The notes under the pieces were generated by a model. That model did not search any database. It was not told the origin of the DNA and was given only the letters and a program-made list of their open reading frames with translations. From NCBI GenBank assembly GCA_963674695.2, contig CAXXGI010000002.1:448001-512000 (forward strand): 64,000 bases of DNA, given 5' to 3'. Made by a program: the position numbers and the translations under genes. This stretch comes from a bacterium (GTDB taxonomy: Bacteria; UBA10199; 2-02-FULL-44-16; JAAZCA01). Within the stretch, counting starts at the first letter, position 1, and every line of letters starts with the position of its first letter. This document shows, piece after piece, positions 48,606-59,097 of this stretch.

Positions 48606-50474
48606 ATGGAACCGTTCAATTGGAAGCAGGTCTACGATCACAAGATCGTCTCCGCATCGGAGGCGCTTTCGCACATCCGTCCGGGCGACAAGATCTTCAT
48701 CGGCACGGGGTGTGCCGCACCCCAGGTGCTCATCGAGGCGCTCACCGCCGAAGACCAGAATGTCTCGGATACCTCCATCTTTCATCTGCTCACGATGGGG
48801 ATTGCACCGTATGCGCAGACCAAGCTCACCGATCGTTTTCGGTTCAATAGCTTCTTCATCAGCGAGAACGTGCGCGATGCGGTGCAACAGGGAATGGGCG
48901 ATTACACGCCGGTCTTTCTCTCGGATATTCCCTCCCTCTTCGAGTCGGGGCGAACGCCGATCGACGTGGCGCTCATCCAGGTCTCTCCGCCGGATGTCAA
49001 TGGCATGGTGAGCCTTGGTGTTTCGGTCGACATCGTCAAGAGTGCCACTGAGAATGCCGGTATCGTCATCGCCGAGGTCAATCCGAACATGCCGCGCACG
49101 CGCGGCAACTCGCAGATTCCCGCCGACTTCATCGACTACATGGTCCTCTCCAATTGCGAACTCTTGACCTATCACCCGGTCGAGGTCGATGATACCATTC
49201 GCAGCATCGGTCGGCATGTTGCATCGCTCATCGAGGATGGCTCCACCATCGAGGTGGGCATCGGCGCCATTCCGCAGTCGATCCTCGAGTTCTTGGGCGA
49301 GAAGAAACACCTCGGTATTCATACCGAGATGTTCACCGATCAGCTCGTCGACCTCATTCAGGCGGGCGTGGTCGATGGGTCGAAGAAGATCCTCGATCGC
49401 GGAAAGGTGGTCGCGTCATTCCTCATGGGGACGAAGAAACTCTACGACTTCGTGCACGACAACCCGGTGGTCGAGATGCATCCGTCGGAATATGTCAACG
49501 ACCCGTATGTTATCGGTCAGCAGCCGAAGATGGTTGCCATCAACGTGGCGCTCGAGGTCGATCTCACGGGGCAGGTCTGCTCCGACTCATTGGGCTATCG
49601 CTTCTACAGTGGCATCGGCGGACAGCTCGATTTCATCCGGGGGGCGTCGCGTTCTGTCGGCGGAAAGCCGATCATCGCCATGCGCTCGACTGCACTCGAC
49701 GATAGTGTTTCGCGCATCGTGCCCTGTTTGAGCGAGGGGGCGGGCGTGGTGACGACCCGCGGCGATGTGCACTATGTGATCACCGAATACGGTATCGCCG
49801 ATCTGCACGGTAAAAATATCCGTGAGCGCACGATGGCGCTCATCAACATCGCACACCCGCGCTTTCGCGCAGAGCTTCTGCGCGAGGCCAAGAAGCGCAA
49901 TTTTATCTATGAAGATCAGATCGATCTGGCCGAAAAGGTCGCGTACCCGGAGGAGCTCGAGCGGTGTCAGGTGATCGCTGACGGCACCGAGGTGCTCTTT
50001 CGTCCGGTCAAGCCCACCGACGAGGAGCCGATGCGCGAGCTCTTCTATTCCCTCTCCGAACAGAGCGTCTATCTGCGATTTTTCCAGCCGGTCAAGAGCA
50101 TGCCGCATGTTCGCATCATGCCGCTGGTCTCCATCGACTACGACAAGGATATGGCGGTCGTGGCCACCGTCGAGGATATGGCGGGGGAGAAGATCCTCTC
50201 CGTCGGGCGGTATCAGCGTGCCTCAAAAGAGGACAAACTCGCCGAGGTCTCCTTCATCGTGCGCGACGACTGGCAGAACCGCGGCATGGGCCGTGCGCTT
50301 TTGGGGACGCTCATCGAAATCGCCAAAGGCAGGGGTGTCGAGGGATTTGTGGCGACCGTGCTCGGCAGCAACAAACAGATGCTCTCCGTCTTCCACCACT
50401 GTGGCTACAAACTGCACATGACCTTCGAAGAGGGGACCTACGAGCTGATGTTCCGGTTCGACGAACCGGGGTAG
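48606..50474 (+). CDS. acetyl-CoA hydrolase/transferase fused to a C-terminal GNAT domain
   Basis: GIGAIP, LGIHTEM, SGIGGQLDF and TEYG; GNAT motif VRDDWQNRGMG. Confidence 0.9.
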   Translation: MEPFNWKQVYDHKIVSASEALSHIRPGDKIFIGTGCAAPQVLIEALTAEDQNVSDTSIFHLLTMGIAPYAQTKLTDRFRFNSFFISENVRDAVQQGMGDYTPVFLSDIPSLFESGRTPIDVALIQVSPPDVNGMVSLGVSVDIVKSATENAGIVIAEVNPNMPRTRGNSQIPADFIDYMVLSNCELLTYHPVEVDDTIRSIGRHVASLIEDGSTIEVGIGAIPQSILEFLGEKKHLGIHTEMFTDQLVDLIQAGVVDGSKKILDRGKVVASFLMGTKKLYDFVHDNPVVEMHPSEYVNDPYVIGQQPKMVAINVALEVDLTGQVCSDSLGYRFYSGIGGQLDFIRGASRSVGGKPIIAMRSTALDDSVSRIVPCLSEGAGVVTTRGDVHYVITEYGIADLHGKNIRERTMALINIAHPRFRAELLREAKKRNFIYEDQIDLAEKVAYPEELERCQVIADGTEVLFRPVKPTDEEPMRELFYSLSEQSVYLRFFQPVKSMPHVRIMPLVSIDYDKDMAVVATVEDMAGEKILSVGRYQRASKEDKLAEVSFIVRDDWQNRGMGRALLGTLIEIAKGRGVEGFVATVLGSNKQMLSVFHHCGYKLHMTFEEGTYELMFRFDEPG

Positions 50475-50490
50475 AATGGTGTTATTTTCC

Positions 50491-51132
50491 ATGGCGACGC
50501 TTTTGGCGAAACAATCACGGGCGAGCGAGATTTTTAAGCGCCTCAAGAAGCTCTATCCCAAGGCCGATTGTGAGCTGAACTTCACCTCTCCCTTGCAGCT
50601 GCTCGTCGCGACGATCCTCTCGGCGCAGTGCACCGATGCGCGGGTGAACGAGGTGACCCCTGCGCTCTTCAAGCGCTATACGGACGCCAAGGCGTTTGCC
50701 AAGGCCGAGAGCGAAGAGCTCAAGGGGCTCATCCGCTCCACCGGTTTCTTTCAGAACAAGGCGCGCTCCATACAAGATTGCTGCATGCAGATCGTGATGG
50801 AGCACAAGGGCGACGTCCCCGAATCGATGGAGGCGCTCGTCGCGCTTTCCGGCGTCGGGCGCAAGACCGCCAACCTCGTGCGTTCTTTTGCCTTCGGTCA
50901 TCCGGGCATCATCTGCGATACGCATGTCCTGCGCGTGACGAAACGCCTGGGGCTCACCGAAAATACCAAGCCGGAGAAGGTCGAGGCGGATCTCGCCGCG
51001 ATCGTTCCGGAGAAGGACTGGACGCGCTTTTCCACCGCTGTCATGTGGCACGGGCGTCGTTGCTGCAACGCGCGTAAGCCGGATTGTGCTGCGTGTACGG
51101 TTCGAGATCTTTGCCCATCAGCTGTTACGTAA
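50491..51132 (+). CDS. nth: endonuclease III
   Basis: LLVATILSAQCTD, HhH GVGRKTAN, DTH and C-x6-C-x2-C-x5-C cluster. Confidence 0.95.
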   Translation: MATLLAKQSRASEIFKRLKKLYPKADCELNFTSPLQLLVATILSAQCTDARVNEVTPALFKRYTDAKAFAKAESEELKGLIRSTGFFQNKARSIQDCCMQIVMEHKGDVPESMEALVALSGVGRKTANLVRSFAFGHPGIICDTHVLRVTKRLGLTENTKPEKVEADLAAIVPEKDWTRFSTAVMWHGRRCCNARKPDCAACTVRDLCPSAVT

Positions 51133-51143
51133 AGGAGAAGAAA

Positions 51144-51374
51144 ATGGCCATCGGAGAAGACAAGGTCGCGGAGAACGTGGCGGGAAAATTCTACGTCGAT
51201 TCCCAGTGCATCGACTGCGGTCTGTGCAAGGACGTGGCGCCGGAGAACTTCGCGCATCAGGAGGAGGCGGGCTATATGTATGTAAGCCGCCAGCCCGTGA
51301 ACGAAGAGCAGGAGGCGCAATGCGTCGAGGCCAAGGAGAGCTGCCCCGTCGAGGCAATCGGTGATGATGGATGA
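51144..51374 (+). CDS. single-cluster ferredoxin
   Basis: CIDCGLC...CPVEAI; RBS aaggag. Confidence 0.9.
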   Translation: MAIGEDKVAENVAGKFYVDSQCIDCGLCKDVAPENFAHQEEAGYMYVSRQPVNEEQEAQCVEAKESCPVEAIGDDG

Positions 51375-51380
51375 ACTGTT

Positions 51381-52163
51381 TTACCGCCGCTTGCGTCTCC
51401 GTTTGGAGGGCATGCTTGTGGCGGGTTTGATCAGCCCCGAGGCGTCCCGTACTTCGAGGCAGGGGGCAGTTGATAGCGGGGGAGAGAGCGTCGGGCCTGA
51501 GGTGCTTGCAGGTTTCTGCCATGTCGCGAGGTGTTGTGAAAACCGAGTATCGCCGGCGATGCTTGCGAAGTCGTCGGTGATGGCGAGCCACATGCGGGTG
51601 CGCTCGGGATCGAGCGCATACGCTTCATCGAGCGCTGCGATCGCTTCGTCGATTTCATCGACCGCGGCATGATAGGTCGCGCGATATTCAGCCGCTTCAT
51701 ATCCTCCCTTGAGCAGCTTCAGATCGACCTTGGAAAATTTCTTATTGGCTTTCTGTATCTCTCCCTGAGCCCCCAGGAGCGAGGCCAGCAGGAGATCGCA
51801 TTCGGCCTTGTGGAGCTTCGTTCCCTTCCGGCGCGCTTTTTTGTAATAGCGATGGGCCTCATCGGCGAATGCTTCTCCCGTGCGACCTTGCGCCTTCAAA
51901 AAGAGATAGAGGTTGTGATAGGCGACCCCGATGCTGCGCCAGGTCTGGTGCGCGGTGGTGCGTTCCGGTTCTTCGCTCGCTTCAAAGGCAACGATGCGCG
52001 AGGCCTGTCGCAGCAGGTGGCGGCCCTTGGGGCAGTCGGCCGAAGCGCGCAGCGCCTGGATGGCGACTTCCAGATCATCGTTTGCAAACGCCTCCACAAC
52101 GGCGGGCGAGACGGGACCAGCGTTGGCCGATGAAACGAAGACGAGCAGGATCAGTCCAAGCAT
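51381..52163 (-). CDS. secreted TPR-like protein
   Basis: Signal peptide ending ANA; helical repeats with a DEAIAALDEAYALDP...DDFASI pattern. Confidence 0.65.
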   Translation of the reverse strand: MLGLILLVFVSSANAGPVSPAVVEAFANDDLEVAIQALRASADCPKGRHLLRQASRIVAFEASEEPERTTAHQTWRSIGVAYHNLYLFLKAQGRTGEAFADEAHRYYKKARRKGTKLHKAECDLLLASLLGAQGEIQKANKKFSKVDLKLLKGGYEAAEYRATYHAAVDEIDEAIAALDEAYALDPERTRMWLAITDDFASIAGDTRFSQHLATWQKPASTSGPTLSPPLSTAPCLEVRDASGLIKPATSMPSKRRRKRR

Positions 52164-52241
52164 GAACGGCCATCGAATGTGAGGTGCGAATTTCAGAGTG
52201 ATCTCCTGAGGCGAACGTTCTGTCGGGTCACGTGTTACGTG

Positions 52242-52919
52242 TCACGGCTTCTTCACCGACACCGCAAAGTTCTTATAGTCGCATGCGGCGGTCTTGTGCA
52301 CGGCGTTGCCGTCGGTGAGGATGCCGACGCCGGAGGGGTTCCTCTCGAGTTTTCGTCCGAAGAGCTGTTCGTAATCGGAGACGACATCGACCGTGTGCGC
52401 GATCCACTGTCCCTTTTGGGCGGCACCGCTGTCGAGGACCTTGATCTTGAGTTTGCCCCCGCGACGCGTGACCACGGTGCCCGGTGCGAGCGTCGTGCTC
52501 CAGACGTATTTGATCGCGTGACCCTGCCATTTGCCGACTACGACGTAGACGCCGCAGGCGCTGTCGTTGGTGGCGTCATTGTTTTCCGCTGCCCCCTCCG
52601 GGAGCGTCATCGCGCGCCACGACCAGGAGAGCATCGGGCGTTTGGCCACCGGCCAGTCGAAGTTACGGAAGATCTGAACCGAATACCCCTTGTCGTCCAT
52701 GGCGCGAATGAAGCGCCTGTTTCCCTCTGCCCCAACTTTGTAGACGTATTCGACTTCATCCCCCTGCGTGGGCCAGTTGCGCCACCCCTTCGGAAAGGCG
52801 CCGACTTTCCAGGCCTTCGTGTTGTCGAGTGAAAAACGAGTGATGCCCTCCTGGGCGGAACCGATTGTGGGAGCAGCCAGGAGAAGCGCGCAGATGAGAA
52901 CCATGCCGAGAGTTTTCAT
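52242..52919 (-). CDS. DUF3047-like secreted protein
   Basis: Signal peptide, LSWSWR, IKYVWS, DV.SDYEQLFG and GILTD. Confidence 0.75.
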   Translation of the reverse strand: MKTLGMVLICALLLAAPTIGSAQEGITRFSLDNTKAWKVGAFPKGWRNWPTQGDEVEYVYKVGAEGNRRFIRAMDDKGYSVQIFRNFDWPVAKRPMLSWSWRAMTLPEGAAENNDATNDSACGVYVVVGKWQGHAIKYVWSTTLAPGTVVTRRGGKLKIKVLDSGAAQKGQWIAHTVDVVSDYEQLFGRKLERNPSGVGILTDGNAVHKTAACDYKNFAVSVKKP

Positions 52920-52954
52920 GGGTTTCGTATAGAGGGGATGGCGCATGCTGTCAA

Positions 52955-53728
52955 TTATACCGCGATCAGTCGGCGAAGCGCCGCTTCAAAGGGTTTCGGC
53001 AGCGGTGTGGTGAATGTGAGTTGCGCACCGGATTTTGAATGGATGAAGGATATCGTTTCGGCGTGCAGCAGGTGATGCGTGGGGGCGAGCGGATCTTGCT
53101 CGCGCTTCTTCGGATTCTGGTAGAGCGTATCTCCGGAGAGGGGGAAGCCGAGCCCACTCAAGTGCGCGCGAATCTGATGCCGCACGCCCGTTTCGATTGT
53201 CACGCGCAGCAGGGCATAAGGGAGAGGGATCCCATCGCCGCGGAACTGAAAACGCCTCTCGACGGAAAAGGCGGTGTGCGCCTCGCGGGCCTTGAGCTCT
53301 CGCGCACGCTCGCTTGATTCGCAGACGACCATCTTCTTCTTCTTGCGCGGATGATGCGCGATGGGCGCATCGATCCTTCCCGCATTCGGCGGGATTCCCA
53401 CGACGAGGGCAAGGTACTCCTTGTGAATGGCATGATCGGCGAGCTGTTGGCGGAGATTCTCGTAGGTTTCCATCGTGCGCGCCGCGACGATGACGCCCGA
53501 AGTATCGTTGTCGAGACGATGCACGAGCCCCGCCTCGAGTGCTCCATCGGGGAGTTTGCGCTGCTCGGGAAATGCATCGAGGATCCAGGCCGCGAGCGTT
53601 CCCGTTTCATCCGCGCACAGGTTTGCCGCCGCCATCCCCGCAGGCTTGTCGAGGATCAGGAGGAAGTCATCCTGATACAGGATCTTTGGCATTTCTGCAT
53701 TCATAAGCGATGGGGTTTTACGCTTCAC
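52955..53728 (-). CDS. RluA-family pseudouridine synthase
   Basis: LDKPAG, VHRLDNDTSG, TG.RHQIRAH and GDTLY; exact start uncertain. Confidence 0.9.
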   Translation of the reverse strand: MKRKTPSLMNAEMPKILYQDDFLLILDKPAGMAAANLCADETGTLAAWILDAFPEQRKLPDGALEAGLVHRLDNDTSGVIVAARTMETYENLRQQLADHAIHKEYLALVVGIPPNAGRIDAPIAHHPRKKKKMVVCESSERARELKAREAHTAFSVERRFQFRGDGIPLPYALLRVTIETGVRHQIRAHLSGLGFPLSGDTLYQNPKKREQDPLAPTHHLLHAETISFIHSKSGAQLTFTTPLPKPFEAALRRLIAV

Positions 53729-53761
53729 GGATCACGGGTCACGTGTAACGGGTTACAGTTC

Positions 53762-55051
53762 TTACGGCGTCACCCGCGTGATCATGCGCGGAAAGGGGAT
53801 CGCCTCGCGGATGTGGCGCACGCCACAGATCCAACCGACGAGCCGTTCCAGGCCGAAGCCAAAACCGGAGTGGGTGACACTTCCGTACCGGCGCAGATCG
53901 AGATACCATCCAAAAGAATCACGCGGGAGACCGTGTTCATCGATGCGCGCAAGCAATGTATCATAGTCGTCTTCGCGCTGGCTTCCACCGATGACCTCTC
54001 CGAACCCTTCGGGCGCGAGGAGGTCGGCGCACATCGCGAGCCCCTCGTCCTCGGGATCGCGCTTCATATAGAAGGCCTTGATCGCGGCCGGATATTTTTC
54101 GACGAAGAGCGGCGTGTCGAGGTTCTCCGTCAGCAGCGTCTCATCTTCGGCGCCAAGATCCTTTTCCGATGTGATGGCACTGCCGAGCCCCTGGAGCTTC
54201 TTCACCGCGTCGGCATGTGTCATGCGCGCAAAGGGTGCATCGGCCTTGTTGAGTCGCTCCACATCGCGCTCGAGGATCGCAAGTTCCTGCTCGCAGTTTT
54301 TCAGACAGCGCCGTACGATATGACGGATGAGTGCCTCCTGAATGACCAAGTTCCCCTCATGGTCGCAGAAGGCCATCTCGGCATCCATCATCCAGAATTC
54401 AGTCAGGTGTCGACGCGTCTTGCTCTTCTCCGCGCGGAAGGTCGGCCCGAAGTCGAAGACGCGCCCGAAGCTCATGATCGCCGCCTCGAGGTAGAGCTGG
54501 CCCGACTGCGAGAGATAGGCCTTGCCCAGGTCGAAGTAGGGGACCTCGAAGAGCGTGGTCGTGCCCTCGCACGCGGCGGGGGTCAGGATGGGCGAGTCGA
54601 ACTTGATGAAGTCGTTGTCGCCAAACCACTCGTAGGTGCCATCGATGACCTCGTTGCGCACGCGCTGGATCGCCCACTGTCTCTTCGAGCGCAGCCAGAG
54701 GTGGCGGTTATCGAGGAGGAAGTCCGGTCCGTGTTCCTTCTTGGAGATCGGATATTCCGCAGCGATCTGCACGATCTCAATGCCGCTCACCTGCAGTTCG
54801 TACTCCTCCTTCTTCGGGTGCTTGCTCACGGTTCCGGTAACGATAGCGGATGATTCCATGGTCAGCGCGTGGGCGTCATCCCAGACCAATTCCTCCACGT
54901 CCGGTCGGTGCACGATGCCCTGCACGAATCCCGAGCCGTCGCGGATTTGGAGGAAGGTGATCTTGCCGGATGAGCGCGTGTTGTAGATCCATCCCTTGAC
55001 GGTGACTGTTTTGCCCACATGTTCGGCGATGTCGGTGATCAGAATATCCAT
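53762..55051 (-). CDS. asnS: asparagine--tRNA ligase
   Basis: OB fold, [30 protein letters not shown] and GFG.GLER. Confidence 0.95.
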   Translation of the reverse strand: MDILITDIAEHVGKTVTVKGWIYNTRSSGKITFLQIRDGSGFVQGIVHRPDVEELVWDDAHALTMESSAIVTGTVSKHPKKEEYELQVSGIEIVQIAAEYPISKKEHGPDFLLDNRHLWLRSKRQWAIQRVRNEVIDGTYEWFGDNDFIKFDSPILTPAACEGTTTLFEVPYFDLGKAYLSQSGQLYLEAAIMSFGRVFDFGPTFRAEKSKTRRHLTEFWMMDAEMAFCDHEGNLVIQEALIRHIVRRCLKNCEQELAILERDVERLNKADAPFARMTHADAVKKLQGLGSAITSEKDLGAEDETLLTENLDTPLFVEKYPAAIKAFYMKRDPEDEGLAMCADLLAPEGFGEVIGGSQREDDYDTLLARIDEHGLPRDSFGWYLDLRRYGSVTHSGFGFGLERLVGWICGVRHIREAIPFPRMITRVTP

Positions 55052-55084
55052 TATTGTTTCCTTACAAAGGAGGGGGGTGTCACT

Positions 55085-55972
55085 CTATTCATCCACATCC
55101 CGCGTGACGTGCGCCGCGAGTATCTTCTGTATGAACGGGGCGAGGTCCTCGCCGTGATCGCGAAGTCCGTAGAAGAGGTTGGCCTCGAGAAATCCGATGG
55201 GATCGCCCGTGTCGAACTGTCGCCCCTCATATTCATATGCGATCATTTTGTCGGCGGCGGCGAGCGTATTCATGGCGTCGGCCAGTTGAATTTCGCCACC
55301 ACGTCCCGGCGGGGTTTGTTCCAAAACCTCCATCACCTCATTCGTGAAGAGATAGCGCCCCACCACCGAGAGGTCGCTCGGCGCTTCGTCGGCCGTTGGT
55401 TTTTCCACGACGCTCCGGGCGTAGTGCAGTCGATCCTCCGAACGCGCGATGTCATAGATGCCATAGAGGTGAATCTTGTCGCGCGGCGTGTGTTCGGTGG
55501 CATTCACCGACAGCCCCGTTTTTTCGTATGCCTCGATCAGCTGCTGACAACAGGGCGTTTCGCTCTCGATGAGGACATCCGGCAGGATGATGATGAAGGG
55601 CTCTCCCGCCACCGCCTCTTTGGCGCAGAGGATCGCGTGGCCGAGCCCCTTGGGGTTCTCCTGCGGCGCGGCGGTAATGCGCACCCCATGGGTGAGTTCG
55701 CGCAGCCCATCGAGCAGGGCCCCTTTTCCCGCTTGGGCCAGTTTACGGTCATAGGCGGTATCGCCCCGGAAGTAGTCGAGGATCTCCTCCTTGTCGGGCG
55801 AGGTGATCAGGATCACCTCGTCGATGCCGGAGCACACGGCCTCTTCGATCACCAGGTGCAGCGTGGGCCTGGTTCCAATGGGGAGCAGCTCCTTCGGAAT
55901 CACCTTGGTGATGGGCAGAAATCGTGTTCCCATCCCCGCCACCGGGATGACGACCTTTCGCACGTTGGACAT
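55085..55972 (-). CDS. galU: UTP--glucose-1-phosphate uridylyltransferase
   Basis: VIPVAGMGTRFLP.TK..PKE.LP, GLGHA, VEKP and GEIQL.DA. Confidence 0.92.
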   Translation of the reverse strand: MSNVRKVVIPVAGMGTRFLPITKVIPKELLPIGTRPTLHLVIEEAVCSGIDEVILITSPDKEEILDYFRGDTAYDRKLAQAGKGALLDGLRELTHGVRITAAPQENPKGLGHAILCAKEAVAGEPFIIILPDVLIESETPCCQQLIEAYEKTGLSVNATEHTPRDKIHLYGIYDIARSEDRLHYARSVVEKPTADEAPSDLSVVGRYLFTNEVMEVLEQTPPGRGGEIQLADAMNTLAAADKMIAYEYEGRQFDTGDPIGFLEANLFYGLRDHGEDLAPFIQKILAAHVTRDVDE

Positions 55973-56110
55973 GATGACCTCCAGGGAGCGTCGAAGCTTT
56001 AGCAATGCCCCTGATTCCTGTAAAGTCCTTTTTTTCCAATGGGTTGGAAGGTTTCTGTGTGACGCTGAAAACTAAATGATGGTATTTATAGTATTCTCTG
56101 GTTTTTTTAC

Positions 56111-56137
56111 GCAACATTTGCGAACAAGTTCCGATAA
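56111..56137 (+). promoter_or_regulatory. sigma28-like promoter GCAAC-N15-CCGATAA
   Basis: gcaac-atttgcgaacaagtt-ccgataa, 9 nt before the ATG. Confidence 0.65.
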
Positions 56138-56146
56138 GGGAGGCCT

Positions 56147-58330
56147 ATGGACAATCAGAGTTTCGGCCTCTGGACGTCGCCGATTACAAAAAACCCATCC
56201 CACGAGTTGAGTGTGGCAAAGGCTGAGAAGCACGGCGCCACCGTGCATGACGTCGATTGCAATGGATTCGTGAATGTCGGCGATACCATCGCCATTCCGA
56301 CGTTTCATCGAAACTCCTCCTATCAGCGACGGCCGTTTGTCTTCAGCGTCACCGAGCAGAATGAGCGTGAACTCAGTTTGATTTTTTCGAGTCCACCTGG
56401 GTTTCGCGTGCGGCGGCACTTTCGCGATCGCGGGGATACGAAACAGTGGATGCACTATTCCTATCAGTTCACGCGTGGGCAGCTTGAGTTCGATCAGGTG
56501 CAGACGCTCACGATGATCGGGAGTGCGTGCCGTGTCTTTGAAAACGATGTGAATAACGTTCAGGACCGTCCCTGTACGCCATTTGAGAAATCACTCTTTC
56601 GGACGAACGCCGATGATGAGGTTCCCTTCATAACAGAGCGCCTTATCGTGGAACGACACATGGCGGCGGTGGAGGAACTCGAACGTCTGCAGCAGGAGAT
56701 TCGTTGGACCAACGATACAGAGGGACGCGATCTGGATCTCGAGCCGACCTATCGCGGTTACGAATTTCTCTTCTCCGACGATGTGATCCCCACCATCGAT
56801 GCCCTGATTCAGCATGTCGAGCAATCGGGTGATAGCGATGAGACCGCAGGGCTGGGGGTGAAGGAGCTGCAGTTCTATCGGCAGTACCTGATCGCCATGT
56901 GGCTGGAGCGGGGTGTTGGAGCATATGAGGATCGGATCAAAGATGTTCTGAATGAGGATCGCATTCCCATCTCATGGTTGGATCGAAAGGTCTGTGCTCA
57001 TGAGTTGGGGCAGTTGCTCGCAAGTGAGCAAAGTGGCGACAGACGGCAAGAACTCCTGAAGCTGCGGGCGCAGTTTCAGCGCGAGGTCTACAACCCGCTG
57101 TTGCTCGAACGGGAAGGATTCTATACGGAAGCGGTGCAGAAGTTTTATCCCTCCTATTTCGATTTCGTCGTTTCCGCCAAGAATGTTGCAGATCCGAACG
57201 GTATTATCGATTCGGCAAAGGCATTTTCGGAGAGGACCGACTCGATCTATCAGCAGCTGCTCGCGCATAGGGCCAAAGGGATTGGAAAGACGGTGGAGGA
57301 GCTGCGTTGGTCCGATCTCGGCGTCCTCTTCGATCCGCTCTCCTCCCGGAAATTCTTTCCGGCGGAGCTGATGGTCCCGTTCATGCGATATACATTTGAA
57401 GGCATGGGTTTTACCTTCGACGAGGATCTCAACCAAGCCATCCTCATCAATGATTTTCCCCACCCGCGCAAGGATCCAAACCCAAAGACCTATCCGGTCT
57501 CCGTGCCGGACGATGTGCGTTTCACCATCATGCCCCACGGCGGCATGAGTGATTTCAATGCCATGTTGCATGAGATGACCCACGCGCTGCACTATACCAA
57601 TGTTTCAACACAGCAGTGGGCGCTGAAATATCTCGGCGATCGGATGGCGCTGGAGACCTATGCGGTTATGATTGGGCATCTGATGTGCGACCCCGATTTT
57701 CTCATGCACTATCGTGACTTCGTGCACGCGTGGAACAGCCAGGGTGCCGTTGAGAAGAAGGTGCCGGAGCTCGCCGATAAGGATATCGCCGAGATCGTTC
57801 GCGCGGGGGCGCTCCGGAAGCTCTATATGGTGCGGCGATATAATGTCGGAAAGATGCAGTATGAGCGCGCGGTGATGCGTGGAGACGGCTATCGTCTCAA
57901 CGATAGTCCGACGGAGCCGTCGATTGGGCGGCGCACCTATTATGGGCATGTCTTCGAGGGGGTCTATGGATTTCCCCTGGAGGAGGAAGATTTAGATCGG
58001 TATGTCTCCGATGTGAGTCCTGACTTTGTCACCGTCGATTATGCGCGCGCGTTCACCCTGGCGCCCCATTTTTCCGAGCTCCTCAGCCGTGATGTCGGTT
58101 CCGACTGGTATGTGAATCCGGACACAGCGGATTTTCTGCGCACCTGGTGTTTTCAGTGGGGCACTTCCGATACAGAGGCTGAATATGCCGATCGATTCGG
58201 TATGAGTGTCACCGATAACTCTGCGCTGTTTCGTGAGATTCAGTCGAACCTTCGTCGTGCTGATGAGCTGGCTGGTCCCCTTCCCTCCGATGGGACGGAC
58301 GGGGGATTCTTCGATTTCCTCTTCAAATAG
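56147..58330 (+). CDS. M3/gluzincin-like metallopeptidase with orphan N-terminal extension
   Basis: LHEMTHALH plus downstream Glu (ETYA); PRK.P...VPDDVR..GG..D pattern; no signal peptide. Confidence 0.65.
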   Translation: MDNQSFGLWTSPITKNPSHELSVAKAEKHGATVHDVDCNGFVNVGDTIAIPTFHRNSSYQRRPFVFSVTEQNERELSLIFSSPPGFRVRRHFRDRGDTKQWMHYSYQFTRGQLEFDQVQTLTMIGSACRVFENDVNNVQDRPCTPFEKSLFRTNADDEVPFITERLIVERHMAAVEELERLQQEIRWTNDTEGRDLDLEPTYRGYEFLFSDDVIPTIDALIQHVEQSGDSDETAGLGVKELQFYRQYLIAMWLERGVGAYEDRIKDVLNEDRIPISWLDRKVCAHELGQLLASEQSGDRRQELLKLRAQFQREVYNPLLLEREGFYTEAVQKFYPSYFDFVVSAKNVADPNGIIDSAKAFSERTDSIYQQLLAHRAKGIGKTVEELRWSDLGVLFDPLSSRKFFPAELMVPFMRYTFEGMGFTFDEDLNQAILINDFPHPRKDPNPKTYPVSVPDDVRFTIMPHGGMSDFNAMLHEMTHALHYTNVSTQQWALKYLGDRMALETYAVMIGHLMCDPDFLMHYRDFVHAWNSQGAVEKKVPELADKDIAEIVRAGALRKLYMVRRYNVGKMQYERAVMRGDGYRLNDSPTEPSIGRRTYYGHVFEGVYGFPLEEEDLDRYVSDVSPDFVTVDYARAFTLAPHFSELLSRDVGSDWYVNPDTADFLRTWCFQWGTSDTEAEYADRFGMSVTDNSALFREIQSNLRRADELAGPLPSDGTDGGFFDFLFK

Positions 58331-59097
58331 GTACAGTAGGGCACACCCCTTGTTTCATCCCATCCAATATGGACATCCGCGCCGAAGACGGCAGCCATCA
58401 TCTCCGATGTGATGATCGTCCGCGGGTGGCCGTTCGCGGCGATGGCCCCCTCCCGCATGAGCACCATGCGATCGCAGAGGGTTGCGGCCATGTTGATGTC
58501 GTGCAGGACGATAGCGATGGCCAATCCCTCGTCGTGCGCTAATCGGCGCAGGCGCTCGGCCAGTTCTGCTCCGTGGCGCAGATCGAGGAAGGTGGTCGGT
58601 TCATCCAGGAGCAGCACGGGGGTGCGCTGCGCGAGCGCACAGGCGAGCAATACCCGTTGGTGTTCGCCGCCGGAGAGTTCGTGAATGGAACGGTGAGCAA
58701 AACGAGTGGTATCGGTCGCCTCCATCGCGCGTTGGGCGATCGCCAGATCCTCAGCCGATTCAAATCCAAAGGGGCTGAGATGTGGGGCGCGGCCCATCAG
58801 CACGATTTCGAGCGCCGTGAAGGAAAACGGAATGTGGTTCTCCTGCGGAAGCCATGCGATCAGCTGTGCGCGCTCGCGAGCGGAGAGCGCAGCGAGTTTC
58901 TTCTCTTGTGCCATCACCTCACCCTCGGTGCTCTCGAGTGCGCCGGCCAGCAGCCCCAGCAGCGTTGATTTCCCGGCGCCGTTTGGCCCAAGGATTCCCA
59001 AGATTTCACCGGCGCGTACCTCAAGCGAAACCCCGCGGATGATCGGGGTGTCGTCGTAGGAGAAGTGAAGGTCCTTTGCGGCGAGCATGGTTTTCAT
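58240..59097 (-). CDS. cobalamin/Fe-siderophore ABC transporter ATP-binding protein (BtuD-like)
   Basis: GPNGAGKS, LSGGE, LLLDEPT and LHD; ATGA overlap with the permease. Confidence 0.9.
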   Translation of the reverse strand: MKTMLAAKDLHFSYDDTPIIRGVSLEVRAGEILGILGPNGAGKSTLLGLLAGALESTEGEVMAQEKKLAALSARERAQLIAWLPQENHIPFSFTALEIVLMGRAPHLSPFGFESAEDLAIAQRAMEATDTTRFAHRSIHELSGGEHQRVLLACALAQRTPVLLLDEPTTFLDLRHGAELAERLRRLAHDEGLAIAIVLHDINMAATLCDRMVLMREGAIAANGHPRTIITSEMMAAVFGADVHIGWDETRGVPYCTYLKRKSKNPPSVPSEGRGPASSSARRRFD

